Of a stretch of DNA of 64,000 nucleotides, positions 1 through 10,437 are shown one piece after another. The notes under the pieces are model-generated. The model saw nothing but the letters and a program-made list of their open reading frames with translations, was not told the origin of the DNA and made no database searches. The DNA is taken from NCBI GenBank assembly GCA_964545975.1, contig CAZJHY010000001.1, positions 24,094-88,093 on the forward strand, in the 5' to 3' direction. The DNA is from an uncultured Clostridia bacterium. Its GTDB lineage: Bacteria; Bacillota; DTU025; MWDF01. The translations under genes and the position numbers were made by a program. Each line of letters begins with the position of its first letter. Position 1 is the stretch's first letter.

Positions 1-328
1 AATCGTTTCCATATTGCGTGCGGCATTACTGATTAATATATTGCCTGCATGTATGGCATATCAATCTTCTTTGTGGCATATAGATGCGAAAATAGATAAT
101 GGAACAATGGGAACGGCTTGTGGTTACAGATTTGTAAAACTTTGTTGTATATCGCATCGCCACATGGCAAAGAACGAATAAAGTGCCATAGTATAAGCCG
201 ATTGCAGAACAATGGGGATTTTTGTGGAGAATGGAAGAGGATTTTCAATAACGATGGGGAATATCAATATTATATGAAATCCTTACCACATATGAGCGCA
301 GGTAAGTCTGTAGAAGGAAGGTGCGGCG

Positions 329-1339
329 ATGGCAACGATATACGAAATTGCCAAAGCGGCGAAGGTGTCACCCTCCACCGTGTCGCGGGCGCTTTCAGGA
401 AACGGTTACGTTAGCAGAGAGAAGAAGGAAAGAATAGAAGCAGTAGCTGCGACGCTATATTACAGGCCGAACGCGCTTGCAAGGGCCTTGGTTACGAAGA
501 GGAGCAATACGATTGCATTCGTTGTAGCTGATATCGGAAATCCTTTCTTCCCGGCGATTGCCCGCGGGGTGGAGGACGAGGCAAGCTCCAGCAACTACAA
601 CGTCATACTATGCAACACAGATTCGAACAGGATAAAAGCCGATGAATACATAAGGGCATTGAGCAGCAGGCAGACTGATGGGGTGATATTCTGCACAGCC
701 AGCGTAAATGACAGGCACGTGAAGGAAGTAATCTCCGGGGGCATCCCTGTAGTGCTCGGCTACCCTAGCAAGACTATCAAGTGCGACACTGTGTCCTGCG
801 ACAATCTGCACGGAGGGATGATCGCAACGGAACACCTCATAGGGTTGGGACATACGACTATCGGCATAATCAGCGCCCTTGTCAAAAGGGTTACAGGAGG
901 AGACAGGCTCAGAGGATATAAGAAGGCGCTTTCAAAACACGGACTGCCGCTTCGCAAGGAACTCATAGTTGAGGGCGATTACAGCATGGAAAGCGGCTAT
1001 GAGAAGGCCAGGCTTCTTCTCAGGCTTAAAGACCGGCCTACGGCGATTTTCGCTACGAACGACCTAATGGCGATAGGCGCCATGAATGCGATAGAGGAGA
1101 TCGGGCTAAGGGTGCCAGATGACATCGCGATTATCGGATACGACGACATACCGATGGCATCCATAGTGAAACCCAAGCTTACCACGGTCGCTCAGCCGAA
1201 ATATGAGATAGGGCAGCTTGCCTGCAAGGCGATCCTTGAAAGGATGGGCAACCCCAATAAACCATGGGAGAATACTGTCCTTAAGCCAAAGCTGATTGTT
1301 AGGAACTCAAGCGTGGTTATGGATACCGGCAGGTCCTAG
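329..1339 (+). CDS. LacI/GalR family transcriptional regulator
   Basis: N-terminal HTH (TIYEIAKAAKVSPSTVSRAL) followed by periplasmic-binding-like sugar-binding fold; RBS GAAGGAAGG upstream of ATG. Confidence 0.85.
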   Translation: MATIYEIAKAAKVSPSTVSRALSGNGYVSREKKERIEAVAATLYYRPNALARALVTKRSNTIAFVVADIGNPFFPAIARGVEDEASSSNYNVILCNTDSNRIKADEYIRALSSRQTDGVIFCTASVNDRHVKEVISGGIPVVLGYPSKTIKCDTVSCDNLHGGMIATEHLIGLGHTTIGIISALVKRVTGGDRLRGYKKALSKHGLPLRKELIVEGDYSMESGYEKARLLLRLKDRPTAIFATNDLMAIGAMNAIEEIGLRVPDDIAIIGYDDIPMASIVKPKLTTVAQPKYEIGQLACKAILERMGNPNKPWENTVLKPKLIVRNSSVVMDTGRS

Positions 1340-1352
1340 GAGCAGGATATGC

Positions 1353-2579
1353 ATGGACACGAAGAATAACAGGAAAGGAATGACCCAGATGTCTGTATTC
1401 GAGCTAAACCCAGCAGAAAGAATGAGGCAGGTTCCGTTCTCCGGGATCCGCCGGATGTTCGAGAAGGCCAAAGCCCTTGAAAGAGAGGGTAAAGACGTAA
1501 TCATGATGGAGACCGGGCGTCCAGACTTCGACACCCCGGCCCACATCAAGCTGGCTGCCATGAAGGCCCTCGAACTGGGTCATGTGCACTACACATCCAA
1601 TTTCGGAATACCGGAGCTAAGGTCCGCCATAGCAGACAAGCTTAGAACTGAAAACGGGCTAAACTATGATTACGAAACGGAAATCATCGTGACCGCCGGA
1701 GCCTCAGAGGCTGTACTTGATGCGTTCCTTGCATTCCTCAACCCGGGCGATGAGGTCCTCTTCCCCGAACCAAGCTGGTTGAACTACGCCGCCGCCGCAA
1801 GATTGACCGGAGCTGTTCCTGTTCCCATGCCTATGAGGGAGAAGGCGAATTTCCAGCTGGACCCCCAAGAGATTGAGAAGCTCATCACGCCAAAGACCAA
1901 GGCTATGGTGCTAGTATCCCCTCATAACCCTACAGGCACAGTCCAGCGTGGAGAAGTGGTGAAAGCGCTTGCTGAAATCGCCGTTAGGCACAACCTTCTT
2001 GTGATATCGGACGAGATATACGAGAGAATCATATTCGGGACAGCCAGACATGTAAGCATTGCATCCTTTCCCGGCTTGAAAGAGAGGACCATTGTCATCA
2101 ATGGTTTCTCCAAGGCCTACTCAATGACAGGCTGGAGGCTCGGATATCTGGCTGCCACGCCTCAACTCATACAGGCGATGAACAGAGTTCACCAGTACAA
2201 TACCGCGTGTGCGAACTCCTTTGCCCAGGAAGGCGCCGTGGCAGCGCTAAGAGGCCCGCAGGACTGCGTAAGGGACATGGTCGCTGAGTTTTCGAGAAGG
2301 CGCGACCTTGTTATAGGAGAGCTTCAGTCCATGAAGGGGATTACCTGCCCTACACCTGAGGGGGCTTTCTATGCGTTCATCAATGTCAGCGGCTTGAACC
2401 TTACCTCAGAGGAGTTCTGCGAAAAGCTTATAGAGGAAACGTACGTATCCTCTGTGCCAGGACCAGTATTCGGGGAGGCGGGGCGCGGCTTTGCCAGATT
2501 TTCCTATGCTACCTCCTACGAGAAGCTCCAGGAGGCAATGCGCAGGATCAGGAAATTCACCGAGAAATATGCCGAATAG
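1353..2579 (+). CDS. PLP-dependent aminotransferase class I/II (aspartate aminotransferase-like)
   Basis: SKAYSMTGWRLGY PLP-lysine motif, NPTG motif; start chosen at ATG 1353 after AGGAGCAGGA (alternative ATG 1380). Confidence 0.8.
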   Translation: MDTKNNRKGMTQMSVFELNPAERMRQVPFSGIRRMFEKAKALEREGKDVIMMETGRPDFDTPAHIKLAAMKALELGHVHYTSNFGIPELRSAIADKLRTENGLNYDYETEIIVTAGASEAVLDAFLAFLNPGDEVLFPEPSWLNYAAAARLTGAVPVPMPMREKANFQLDPQEIEKLITPKTKAMVLVSPHNPTGTVQRGEVVKALAEIAVRHNLLVISDEIYERIIFGTARHVSIASFPGLKERTIVINGFSKAYSMTGWRLGYLAATPQLIQAMNRVHQYNTACANSFAQEGAVAALRGPQDCVRDMVAEFSRRRDLVIGELQSMKGITCPTPEGAFYAFINVSGLNLTSEEFCEKLIEETYVSSVPGPVFGEAGRGFARFSYATSYEKLQEAMRRIRKFTEKYAE

Positions 2580-2605
2580 ATCGGAAGAGGCATCAATCAA
2601 GAACT

Positions 2606-4324
2606 ATGAGAAGCGAGGTGTATCGATTGGCATTTCTGCATTCTAAGGAGGAAAGCGTAGAAAGGTTGTCAGGGCTAAGCCTTAAAGGAACCATGCTCAC
2701 CACGACCCAGTATCACGACAGAAGGCATGTGCTGCCTTTTGTCCTTGAGAAGGGCGGCAAGAGCTATTTCCTGGTAAGGGAGATGGATAGCGGCAATGTA
2801 CAGGGGGCTGGATTCAATGCTCTTCCGCAGGTTCATTTCATGCCGTATTTCCTGCCTGGCGTGAAATCGGAGATTCCGGGCAATATGGCCAAGGTTGTCC
2901 TTTCCATGCTCGGGAAGGAACCTCTTGTTGTTGACGTCGAAATGCCCGTATCGGTATATAGGGAGCTCAAGGCATCAGCCGATGTCTCCATTGAGAAGCT
3001 TCCGACAAAACCGGTAGAGGCTTTCCGGATGACTGCCAAGCAAGTCCTATCAAAGTTCAACCATCACAGGGCGGACGTTGTAAGGGCTGCCAACGAGATT
3101 ACGGCGGGGCACCCGCAGTACAAGAGGCTTAATGCGCTATACAACCAGAAGGGAGATCCTTTCGGGATATTGGATGCCAAGGGCAAAGCAGCAGGGATAG
3201 GGGCTTTTCTTGGCACATGGGTTACTGACTTCCAGGAGCTCAGCGGACTTAAGGGCACCCTTTCAGAGTGCTGCGGTTATGCTGCGCTTTATCTTGCAGA
3301 GAAGGCCGAAACATGGATAATTGTCCCGGCTGGAGATGCCAAGGGGTATTCGAGCTCCTTCAGGTCGTTCGGAAGCTTCGCAGAGGCAGTGAGGGAACTT
3401 TCTGCAGGCGCAGTAGTCGGCATAGAGGAGGACACTCTGGGAGCGGAGCGCTTCGAGACCATGGCAAGACAGGGCGTGGCGATGAAGGACGCAGGGGCGA
3501 TGCTGAAAGAATGGCGCGACGAGAAAGTCAAATTCGACGTGCCATACTTCGTGCTTGCGGCGATGGCGACAAGATATGCAATGGAGGGAGCCTACGACTT
3601 CGCCGACCTTGCCATCAGGGCGAATGTGGCTGTGACTGAAAGGGAAGTGGACAGCGTATACCGCTCAAGGCTGGACGAATTTGCCAAGAAGTACAAGCTG
3701 CAGGTAGAGCTCAAGTTCTTCTTCGTGAACACACACGCAGGTTCACGGACCATCTTCCCTTCAAGGCCGACTGACTACGTAATCCATAAGGGAATCAACT
3801 CACTCAAGCTTGATTCGGGCATATTCGTGTTCGATGACGGCTTGTTCCATGCCTCGAGCGACATAGCTCGGACAGTCACGACAACGGAAGCTGCCGACGA
3901 AGTCGCGGACATCATGGAGAGGGTGCTCGTAGAGCAGACAATACCCGGTATCAAACCGGGAATGACAGGCGATGAGATACATCGTATGGGAGTAAACCAG
4001 ATGGCTGAGCAGGCAGAAGTGTTCCAGAGGAACGGATACATGCCTAGCTCATTCTCATGGAGGGATGGCTATCCCAGGGACATCGGACACTCCATGGATC
4101 GCCAGGAGACTACGCATTTCCATTTCAAACCAGGCGCTGCACTTAAAGTTCTCTCCGGAATGGTCGGTTGCATAGAGTACCATTGCGCTTACGACAATCA
4201 TGCGATAGCGGCAGAGGACACTTTCGTGCTGGATGATCAGGGCGCAATCATAATCAGCAGGGGTGCCGAGGAGTTCGGCCCCGACGGAAAAGTAACGAAG
4301 AGGCGCCGCTTGACTCGTATCTAG
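2606..4324 (+). CDS. M24 family metallohydrolase (creatinase/Xaa-Pro peptidase/ectoine-hydrolase-like)
   Basis: C-terminal pita-bread fold motifs (GHSMDRQE...; MVGCIEYHCAYDNHAIAAEDTFVLDD resembles M24 E-x-E metal ligands); start uncertain (2606 lacks a clear RBS). Confidence 0.55.
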   Translation: MRSEVYRLAFLHSKEESVERLSGLSLKGTMLTTTQYHDRRHVLPFVLEKGGKSYFLVREMDSGNVQGAGFNALPQVHFMPYFLPGVKSEIPGNMAKVVLSMLGKEPLVVDVEMPVSVYRELKASADVSIEKLPTKPVEAFRMTAKQVLSKFNHHRADVVRAANEITAGHPQYKRLNALYNQKGDPFGILDAKGKAAGIGAFLGTWVTDFQELSGLKGTLSECCGYAALYLAEKAETWIIVPAGDAKGYSSSFRSFGSFAEAVRELSAGAVVGIEEDTLGAERFETMARQGVAMKDAGAMLKEWRDEKVKFDVPYFVLAAMATRYAMEGAYDFADLAIRANVAVTEREVDSVYRSRLDEFAKKYKLQVELKFFFVNTHAGSRTIFPSRPTDYVIHKGINSLKLDSGIFVFDDGLFHASSDIARTVTTTEAADEVADIMERVLVEQTIPGIKPGMTGDEIHRMGVNQMAEQAEVFQRNGYMPSSFSWRDGYPRDIGHSMDRQETTHFHFKPGAALKVLSGMVGCIEYHCAYDNHAIAAEDTFVLDDQGAIIISRGAEEFGPDGKVTKRRRLTRI

Positions 4325-4355
4325 TGGACCAAGCCAAATTAAGGAGGACAGAACA

Positions 4356-5480
4356 ATGAAGCGTCTAATGGCAATGATGACACTAATGCTTGCGCTGCTC
4401 ATGGTTTCGGCGATGGTCGGGGCTGCCGCAGTGCCGTTCAAGGTCGGTTGCATAGTGCCCCTGACCGGCGGATCTGCAGCAAACGGCATGTACATCAAGA
4501 GGGGTTCTGAACTGGCGATTGCGGAAATCAACGCAAACGGTGGATTGGGCGGACGTCCCATAGAGCTCATAATGGCCGACGACGCAGGTGTACCGGCGAC
4601 TTCGGTCTCTGCCATGAACAAGCTCGTCTACCAGGACAAGGTCGACTTCCTCATCGGCGGCAACATCAGCTCGACAGTGCTTGCTCACATGCAAATCTCC
4701 GAGAAGGAAGGAATACCTTACATAGTGACCACAGCTTCCAATGCACAGATCACCACCAAAGCAAACAAATGGACAGTAAGGCTTCACCAGAATGACCTTA
4801 CTCAGGCAGTCCAACTTGCCGACTTCGTCGTGAACGTAATCAAGAAGACGAAGGTCGCTGTGATGTTTGACACAGGAGACTATGGCACCGGATGCAAGAA
4901 CGCCTTCAACGAGCAGCTCATTAAGCTGGGCTACCAGCCTCTTATCACAGTAGGCTTCAATACCGGCGACAAAGACTTCATGTCGCAGGTAATCCAGGTC
5001 AAGGGCAAGAACCCTGACGCGGTGATGGTGTTCGCAGTTCAGGCGGAGGCTGCCATAGTGACCAACCAGCTCAGGCAGATGGGCGTCAATGGAACCATCT
5101 GTGGCACCGGCGGCTACATTGTGCCTAAGTATATCGAGCTTGCTCCCGGATCCTCAGAAGGCGCGGTCGGAATGACAACCTACAGCCCGTTCGATCTGAC
5201 TCCCGAAATAAAGAAGTTCACTGATGCTTATCAGAAGACTTACGGCGAAGTTGCCACGCATCATGCCTGGAATACCTACGAGGCGTACATGTACCTGCTC
5301 AAGCCCATAACCGACAAGGTAGGGACTTCCGACAAGGCTGCTATTATGAACGCCTTGAAGTCATGGAAGTGGACAGTGGGAAGCAACTCCAAGTATTTCG
5401 ACGAGACTGGTCAGGTGATAATGCCCTCGATATTCATCTCGGTGCAGAATGGTCAGTGGAGACCCTTCAAGGCGCAGTAG
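4356..5480 (+). CDS. ABC transporter substrate-binding protein, LivJ/LivK (branched-chain amino acid/amide/hydroxy-acid) family
   Basis: signal peptide MKRLMAMMTLMLALLMVSAMVGAAA; type I PBP; RBS AAGGAGGA. Confidence 0.85.
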   Translation: MKRLMAMMTLMLALLMVSAMVGAAAVPFKVGCIVPLTGGSAANGMYIKRGSELAIAEINANGGLGGRPIELIMADDAGVPATSVSAMNKLVYQDKVDFLIGGNISSTVLAHMQISEKEGIPYIVTTASNAQITTKANKWTVRLHQNDLTQAVQLADFVVNVIKKTKVAVMFDTGDYGTGCKNAFNEQLIKLGYQPLITVGFNTGDKDFMSQVIQVKGKNPDAVMVFAVQAEAAIVTNQLRQMGVNGTICGTGGYIVPKYIELAPGSSEGAVGMTTYSPFDLTPEIKKFTDAYQKTYGEVATHHAWNTYEAYMYLLKPITDKVGTSDKAAIMNALKSWKWTVGSNSKYFDETGQVIMPSIFISVQNGQWRPFKAQ

Positions 5481-5491
5481 AGATTTTCCAA

Positions 5492-5524
5492 GGGCCGGGC
5501 CGCAGAATACCCGCGGTTCGGCCC
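5492..5524 (+). other. GC-rich intercistronic hairpin after SBP gene
   Basis: GGGCCGGGCCGC (loop 9) GCGGTTCGGCCC with 2-nt internal bulge. Confidence 0.45.
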
Positions 5525-5548
5525 ATCTCATGAATCGGGGGGATACGC

Positions 5549-6466
5549 TTGAGTTTTCTTACTCTTATACAGTACATCATTAGCGGACTTGCGATAGGCA
5601 GCATATATGCGTTGATAGCCGTCGGTTATGCTATGATTTGGAAAGCCATGGGTGTCCTGAATTTCTCGCAGGGCCAGGTCTTCATGCTGGGCGGGTTCTT
5701 CGGCCTAACATCCCTCAGGCTTATGGGAACTCCTAGTGCAGGAACCCTTCCGGTAATAATCGGAGTCGCCGTTTTCGTGGGAGGGCTGGCAATCTTGCTT
5801 GCGCTCTTCACTCAGACATTCGTGTTCGCTCCGATACAGAGAAGAACCCCGCCCGAGAGGCTTAAGGTGAATATGCTGGTCTCAACAATGGCCGTGGGCA
5901 TAATACTGGAAAATGCCGCAAGGCTCATATGGGGTACGGAGCCGATATTCTTTCCCAGGATATTCGGTTCAAGGGTATTCATGTTCGCAGACATATTCAT
6001 ACCTGAGCACTATATAAGGATCATCGGGCTTGCCGTGGTGCTGGTCGTGTTTCTTCAGGTACTCCTTTACAAGACAAAAATGGGCCGCGCTATGAGGGCC
6101 ATCGCACAGGACAGAGATACGGCTGCATTAATGGGTGTGAACGTGAAACAGGGTATCTATATAACGCTGTGCGTGACTTATGTCCTAGGAGCCCTGGCAG
6201 GCATGCTGGTTGCACCCCTGCTATATGTATCGTTTGACTACGGTGGGCTATTCGGCCTTAAAGGCTTCACTGCCGCTGTCATCGGCGGCATAGGCACTGT
6301 ACCGGGGGCAATTATAGGAGGGCTTGTCTTGGGCGTTGTAGAGAATGTGGGAGCTGGTCTCATAGATGCCACATACAAAAGCGCAATCGCATTCCTAATC
6401 TTGATCCTTGTGCTGCTGATTAAGCCATCCGGCCTGCTCGGCAAGCGCACGGTTCAGAAAGTGTAG
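5549..6466 (+). CDS. ABC transporter permease, LivH family
   Basis: multi-TM protein, LivH-like N-terminus and GGhGs motifs; TTG start. Confidence 0.8.
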   Translation: MSFLTLIQYIISGLAIGSIYALIAVGYAMIWKAMGVLNFSQGQVFMLGGFFGLTSLRLMGTPSAGTLPVIIGVAVFVGGLAILLALFTQTFVFAPIQRRTPPERLKVNMLVSTMAVGIILENAARLIWGTEPIFFPRIFGSRVFMFADIFIPEHYIRIIGLAVVLVVFLQVLLYKTKMGRAMRAIAQDRDTAALMGVNVKQGIYITLCVTYVLGALAGMLVAPLLYVSFDYGGLFGLKGFTAAVIGGIGTVPGAIIGGLVLGVVENVGAGLIDATYKSAIAFLILILVLLIKPSGLLGKRTVQKV

Positions 6467-6473
6467 GGCTGCG

Positions 6474-7451
6474 ATGAGGAAAAAACTGCCTAAGGTGACA
6501 ATCTGGATAGCGGTTGCACTTGCAGCACTCCTTCTGCCGACCGTATCACAGCAGTATACAGTCCATATAATGGTTCTAGCCGGGATATATCTTGTGATGG
6601 CCGTAGGCTTGAGCCTTGTAAGCGGGTTTGCCGGACAGCTGTCGCTGGGGCAGGCTGCCTTCTATGCGGTTGGGGCTTACATATCGGGCCTGCTTGCGGT
6701 CAATACAGGGCTCTCATTCTGGCTTGCGCTTATTGTCGGGACAGCCGCAGCCGGCCTTCTGGGGATAATACTCGGATTGCCGACGCTAAGGCTTTCGGGC
6801 GTCTATCTTACTGTGGCGACGGTAGGCTTCGGCGAGATAGTAAGGCTTGTCCTCCTTAACTGGACACCGGTCACCAGAGGGGCGATGGGAGTGCGCGGAG
6901 TGCCACCTCCATCACTTTTCGGGTTTCTGATAGACGATCCTTACAAATACTACTACCTCGTTCTTGCAGCAGTCGTCGTGAGCCTCTTCATTGCTTCGAG
7001 GATCGTCAACTCAAGGATAGGAAGGGCGTTCATCTCCGTTGCCGACAAAGAGGTGGCGGCAAAATCGGTAGGCATAAACCCTACTTACTATAAGACCTTA
7101 GCCTTTGTGATGGGAGCATGCTTCGCAGGAGCGGCGGGAAGCCTCTATGCGCACTATATTGGCTATATCCACCCTGATGCCTTCACTCAGGCTGAATCGA
7201 TAATGGTGGTCACGATAATGGCAGTGGGCGGTGTCAGGAGTTTTCTGGGTATAACGGTCTCAGCGCTGGTGCTTGTGACGGCCATGGAATACCTGAGGGC
7301 ATTCTCTGAGTTCAGGCTGATAATGTATGCTCTTATGCTGGTGCTTAGCCTGATATTCATGCCTAATGGGGTCGGTGGTTATGTTTCGGCGCTCATGTCC
7401 AAGTCGAGCAGGAAAAAAGCTAAAGCGACCGGAGAAGGGAGGGCATCCTGA
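6474..7451 (+). CDS. ABC transporter permease, LivM family
   Basis: multi-TM protein, LivM-like; follows LivH. Confidence 0.8.
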   Translation: MRKKLPKVTIWIAVALAALLLPTVSQQYTVHIMVLAGIYLVMAVGLSLVSGFAGQLSLGQAAFYAVGAYISGLLAVNTGLSFWLALIVGTAAAGLLGIILGLPTLRLSGVYLTVATVGFGEIVRLVLLNWTPVTRGAMGVRGVPPPSLFGFLIDDPYKYYYLVLAAVVVSLFIASRIVNSRIGRAFISVADKEVAAKSVGINPTYYKTLAFVMGACFAGAAGSLYAHYIGYIHPDAFTQAESIMVVTIMAVGGVRSFLGITVSALVLVTAMEYLRAFSEFRLIMYALMLVLSLIFMPNGVGGYVSALMSKSSRKKAKATGEGRAS

Positions 7452-8227
7452 TGGCTGACATGCTAAGAGTGGACAACCTCACAATGATGTTCGGCGGACT
7501 TGCTGCCCTTAAGGATGTGTCGCTGAATGTAGAGCAGGGAGAGCTCCTCTCAGTAATCGGGCCCAACGGTTCGGGAAAGACAACCCTGTTCAATGTGATT
7601 ACCGGAATCTATGTACCAACATCCGGGAAAGTAGGCTTTGACGGGCAGGACATCACGCGCTTGAGTGCATATGGTATATCAGCGCGGGGATTGGCGAGGA
7701 CCTTTCAGAACATCAACCTCTTTGATTCAATGACAGTCCTGGATAACGTTAAGGTGGGGCAGCACAGCTCTACCAAATCTGGTGTTGTCGATGCTGTACT
7801 GCGCAGCAGGCGCTACAAGCAGGAGGAGATGGAAACTGAAGCAAGGGCTAAGGAGCTCGTGGATTTCGTGGGCCTCTCGAAAGTATCCGGCGAGCTTGCC
7901 AAGAACCTTCCTTACGGAGAACAAAAAAGGCTGGAGATAGCAAGATCGCTTGCATCGAGCCCTAAGATGCTTCTTCTGGACGAACCTACCGCAGGTTTGA
8001 ACACGAGCGAGAAGGCAATGGTCGCGGACCTGATAAAAGCCGTACATGCTAAGGGGATAACCATAGTTCTCATAGAGCATGATATGCGCGTTGTTATGGG
8101 TATTTCCAGGAGGATCATAGTGCTTGACCATGGTGAGAAGATCGCTTCGGGCAACCCGATGGAGGTCAAGACCGACAAGAGGGTTATTGAGGCATACTTG
8201 GGAAAGCAGACAGCTGCAAATTGCTGA
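7451..8227 (+). CDS. ABC transporter ATP-binding protein, LivG family
   Basis: Walker A GPNGSGKTT, signature LSGGEQ-like (PYGEQKRLEI), Walker B LLLDEP; overlaps upstream stop (ATGA). Confidence 0.9.
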   Translation: MADMLRVDNLTMMFGGLAALKDVSLNVEQGELLSVIGPNGSGKTTLFNVITGIYVPTSGKVGFDGQDITRLSAYGISARGLARTFQNINLFDSMTVLDNVKVGQHSSTKSGVVDAVLRSRRYKQEEMETEARAKELVDFVGLSKVSGELAKNLPYGEQKRLEIARSLASSPKMLLLDEPTAGLNTSEKAMVADLIKAVHAKGITIVLIEHDMRVVMGISRRIIVLDHGEKIASGNPMEVKTDKRVIEAYLGKQTAANC

Positions 8228-8952
8228 GTCTGGAGGGAACGCCGTTGCTTAGAATTAAGGGACTGAATGTATATTATGGTGCCATCCACGCCCTTAAGGG
8301 CATATCCCTTGAAGTCAACGAGGGCGAGATAGTAACCCTGATAGGATCGAACGGAGCAGGGAAAAGCACCACGATTAAAACCATAAGCGGGCTGATCGCT
8401 CCACACTCAGGAAGCGTGGAATTCCTTAACAAGCAGATAGGTGGCTTCCCTGCCCATCAGATCAATGCAATGGGTATCATCCAGATCCCCGAGGGAAGGA
8501 GGGTATTCCCTGAGATGACCGTCGGGGAGAACCTTCTGATAGGGGCATTCCTAAGAAAGGACACGAAAGGAATCAAGGATGATCTTGATAAGGTCTACGA
8601 CAGGTTTCCAAGGATGAAGGAAAGAGAAAGACAGGTAGCAGCAACTCTCAGCGGAGGAGAGCAGCAGATGCTGGCCGTCGGTAGGGCGCTAATGGCGCGC
8701 CCGAAGCTCCTGCTCCTAGATGAGCCGTCGATGGGCTTGGCTCCGATACTCGTAGACGAAGTGTTCGAGATAGTACAGGAGATCAACAGGCAGGGAACGA
8801 CGATACTTCTCGTCGAGCAGAACGCCAAGATGGCTTTAAGCGTTGCCAACAGGGGTTATGTGCTGCAGACGGGTGAGGTTGCGCTTTCGGGCACCGCCTG
8901 TGAACTGCTTCAGACTGAGGAGGTTAGAAAAGTATACCTAGGAGAGAGCTAG
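8221..8952 (+). CDS. ABC transporter ATP-binding protein, LivF family
   Basis: Walker A GSNGAGKST, LSGGEQQM, LLLDEPS. Confidence 0.9.
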   Translation: MLSLEGTPLLRIKGLNVYYGAIHALKGISLEVNEGEIVTLIGSNGAGKSTTIKTISGLIAPHSGSVEFLNKQIGGFPAHQINAMGIIQIPEGRRVFPEMTVGENLLIGAFLRKDTKGIKDDLDKVYDRFPRMKERERQVAATLSGGEQQMLAVGRALMARPKLLLLDEPSMGLAPILVDEVFEIVQEINRQGTTILLVEQNAKMALSVANRGYVLQTGEVALSGTACELLQTEEVRKVYLGES

Positions 8953-8980
8953 CGACATAACATTAACGGAGGTGCAACCA

Positions 8981-9868
8981 ATGTCTCTTAAGGTCAGAGG
9001 AATCATCCCTGCAATGGTCACGCCATTCGACAAAGACGGCAAGTTAAATCTGCCAGCGCTAAGGAAGCTTACGGATCACCTGATAGATGCAGGAGTCCAT
9101 GGGCTCTTCGCAGTAGGAGGCCAGGGCGAGTTCTGGGCTTTGGATGCTGAGGAGAAGAAGAAGGTAATTGAGACCGTCGTCGATGAGACCCGTGGCCGTG
9201 TGCCGGTATATGCAGGCACGGGAGCTGAGACCACCTGGGAAACCATCAAGCTGACCCAGATGGCCGAAGCGGCAGGCGCTGATGCCGTGTCGATAATAAC
9301 CCCTTACTATGTTGCCCCATCACAGGACGAGATGCTAGAGCACTACAAGATGGTGGCCAAGGCTACAAAGCTGCCAGTACTCATATATAACAATCCTCCA
9401 AGAACTGGGAATAACGTTTCGCCTGCCACCATGGAGAAGGCTTCCAAAGTGGAGAATATTGTTGGGGTGAAGGATTCGGGTGGCGACATGACGCAGGCTT
9501 GTGAATACATCAGGCGTACAAACAAGGATTTTGCAGTCCTGATGGGTCGCGATACGATGATTTTCGCCGGGCTATGTGTCGGCGCTAAGGGATCGATAAC
9601 CGCAACAGCAAACGTTGCTCCGAGGCTCGTCGTGGAGATTTTTGAAGCCTTCGTTGCCGGAGATATGGCAAGGGCGATTAAGGGCCAAGAGCAGCTAGCT
9701 CCTTTACGCTTAGCTTTTGAGCTAGGAACATTCCCTGTGGTAATCAAGGAAGGCCTTGAGCTGATAGGAATCGAGGCAGGGCCAACAAGAATGCCGGTGG
9801 GACCTATGAAGCCTGACAAGCGGGAAGAGCTGAAGAAGGTCCTCATAGATATGGGTCTTGTCAATTAA
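8981..9868 (+). CDS. DapA/NAL family pyruvate-dependent class I aldolase (dihydrodipicolinate synthase family)
   Basis: GxxGE and Schiff-base lysine motif IVGVKDSGGD; RBS AACGGAGG then ATG 8981. Confidence 0.8.
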   Translation: MSLKVRGIIPAMVTPFDKDGKLNLPALRKLTDHLIDAGVHGLFAVGGQGEFWALDAEEKKKVIETVVDETRGRVPVYAGTGAETTWETIKLTQMAEAAGADAVSIITPYYVAPSQDEMLEHYKMVAKATKLPVLIYNNPPRTGNNVSPATMEKASKVENIVGVKDSGGDMTQACEYIRRTNKDFAVLMGRDTMIFAGLCVGAKGSITATANVAPRLVVEIFEAFVAGDMARAIKGQEQLAPLRLAFELGTFPVVIKEGLELIGIEAGPTRMPVGPMKPDKREELKKVLIDMGLVN

Positions 9869-9901
9869 CCGGGCAATAGAAACAGGCAGACAGTCAATAA
9901 T

Positions 9902-9945
9902 AGCCCCCTTGCCAGAGAGTTTATGGTAGGGGGCTTCTTGATATT
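9902..9945. terminator. candidate bidirectional rho-independent terminator between convergent genes
   Basis: AGCCCCCT (18-nt loop) AGGGGGCT followed by TCTTGATATT; lies between + DapA-like and - MarR. Confidence 0.45.
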
Positions 9946-9991
9946 ATGAGTATGCTCTGTAGCATGGATATCGAGTTTCTGGCAAAGGTCA

Positions 9992-10414
9992 TTACATTCG
10001 CAATATCCTATAGGCACCTTTATAAAGTGCTGAGAACTCCTCTTCAGTCAAATTCAGGCACTCTGCCATCTTGTCGGGAATGCCCTTGGCCTTGGCCTTC
10101 AAATCCTTGCCTTCCTTCGTAAGGTTGATTATGACGCTTCTCTCATCCCTGGGATCTCTCGCCCTGGTTATAAGCCTCTGCCCTTCAAGCGATTTAAGAA
10201 GGGGAGTGAGAGTCCCCGAGTCGAGGAAGAGCCTCTCTCCGATGTCCTTGAGCCCTATCCCGTCCTCCTCCCACAGCACAAGCATCACGATGTATTTTGT
10301 ATAAGTGAGTTGTAAAGGCTCAAGGAAGGGCCTGTATCTTTTTATTATCTCCCTGGAGCAAGCATATAGAGGGAAACACAACTGAGCGTCCAGCTTCAAT
10401 AGGTCCTTTTCCAT
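9992..10414 (-). CDS. MarR family transcriptional regulator
   Basis: winged-helix MarR pattern (TYTKYIVMLVLWEEDGIGLKDIGERLFLDSGTLTPLLKSLEGQRLITRARDPRDERSV). Confidence 0.8.
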   Translation of the reverse strand: MEKDLLKLDAQLCFPLYACSREIIKRYRPFLEPLQLTYTKYIVMLVLWEEDGIGLKDIGERLFLDSGTLTPLLKSLEGQRLITRARDPRDERSVIINLTKEGKDLKAKAKGIPDKMAECLNLTEEEFSALYKGAYRILRM

Positions 10415-10437
10415 ACGCAGCCCTCCCTGTATGCTGC

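Noticed and set aside
3268-3639. 123-aa Arg/Gly/Cys-rich + ORF inside the M24 hydrolase gene
   Set aside because: Alternative-frame shadow ORF; no independent start signals.
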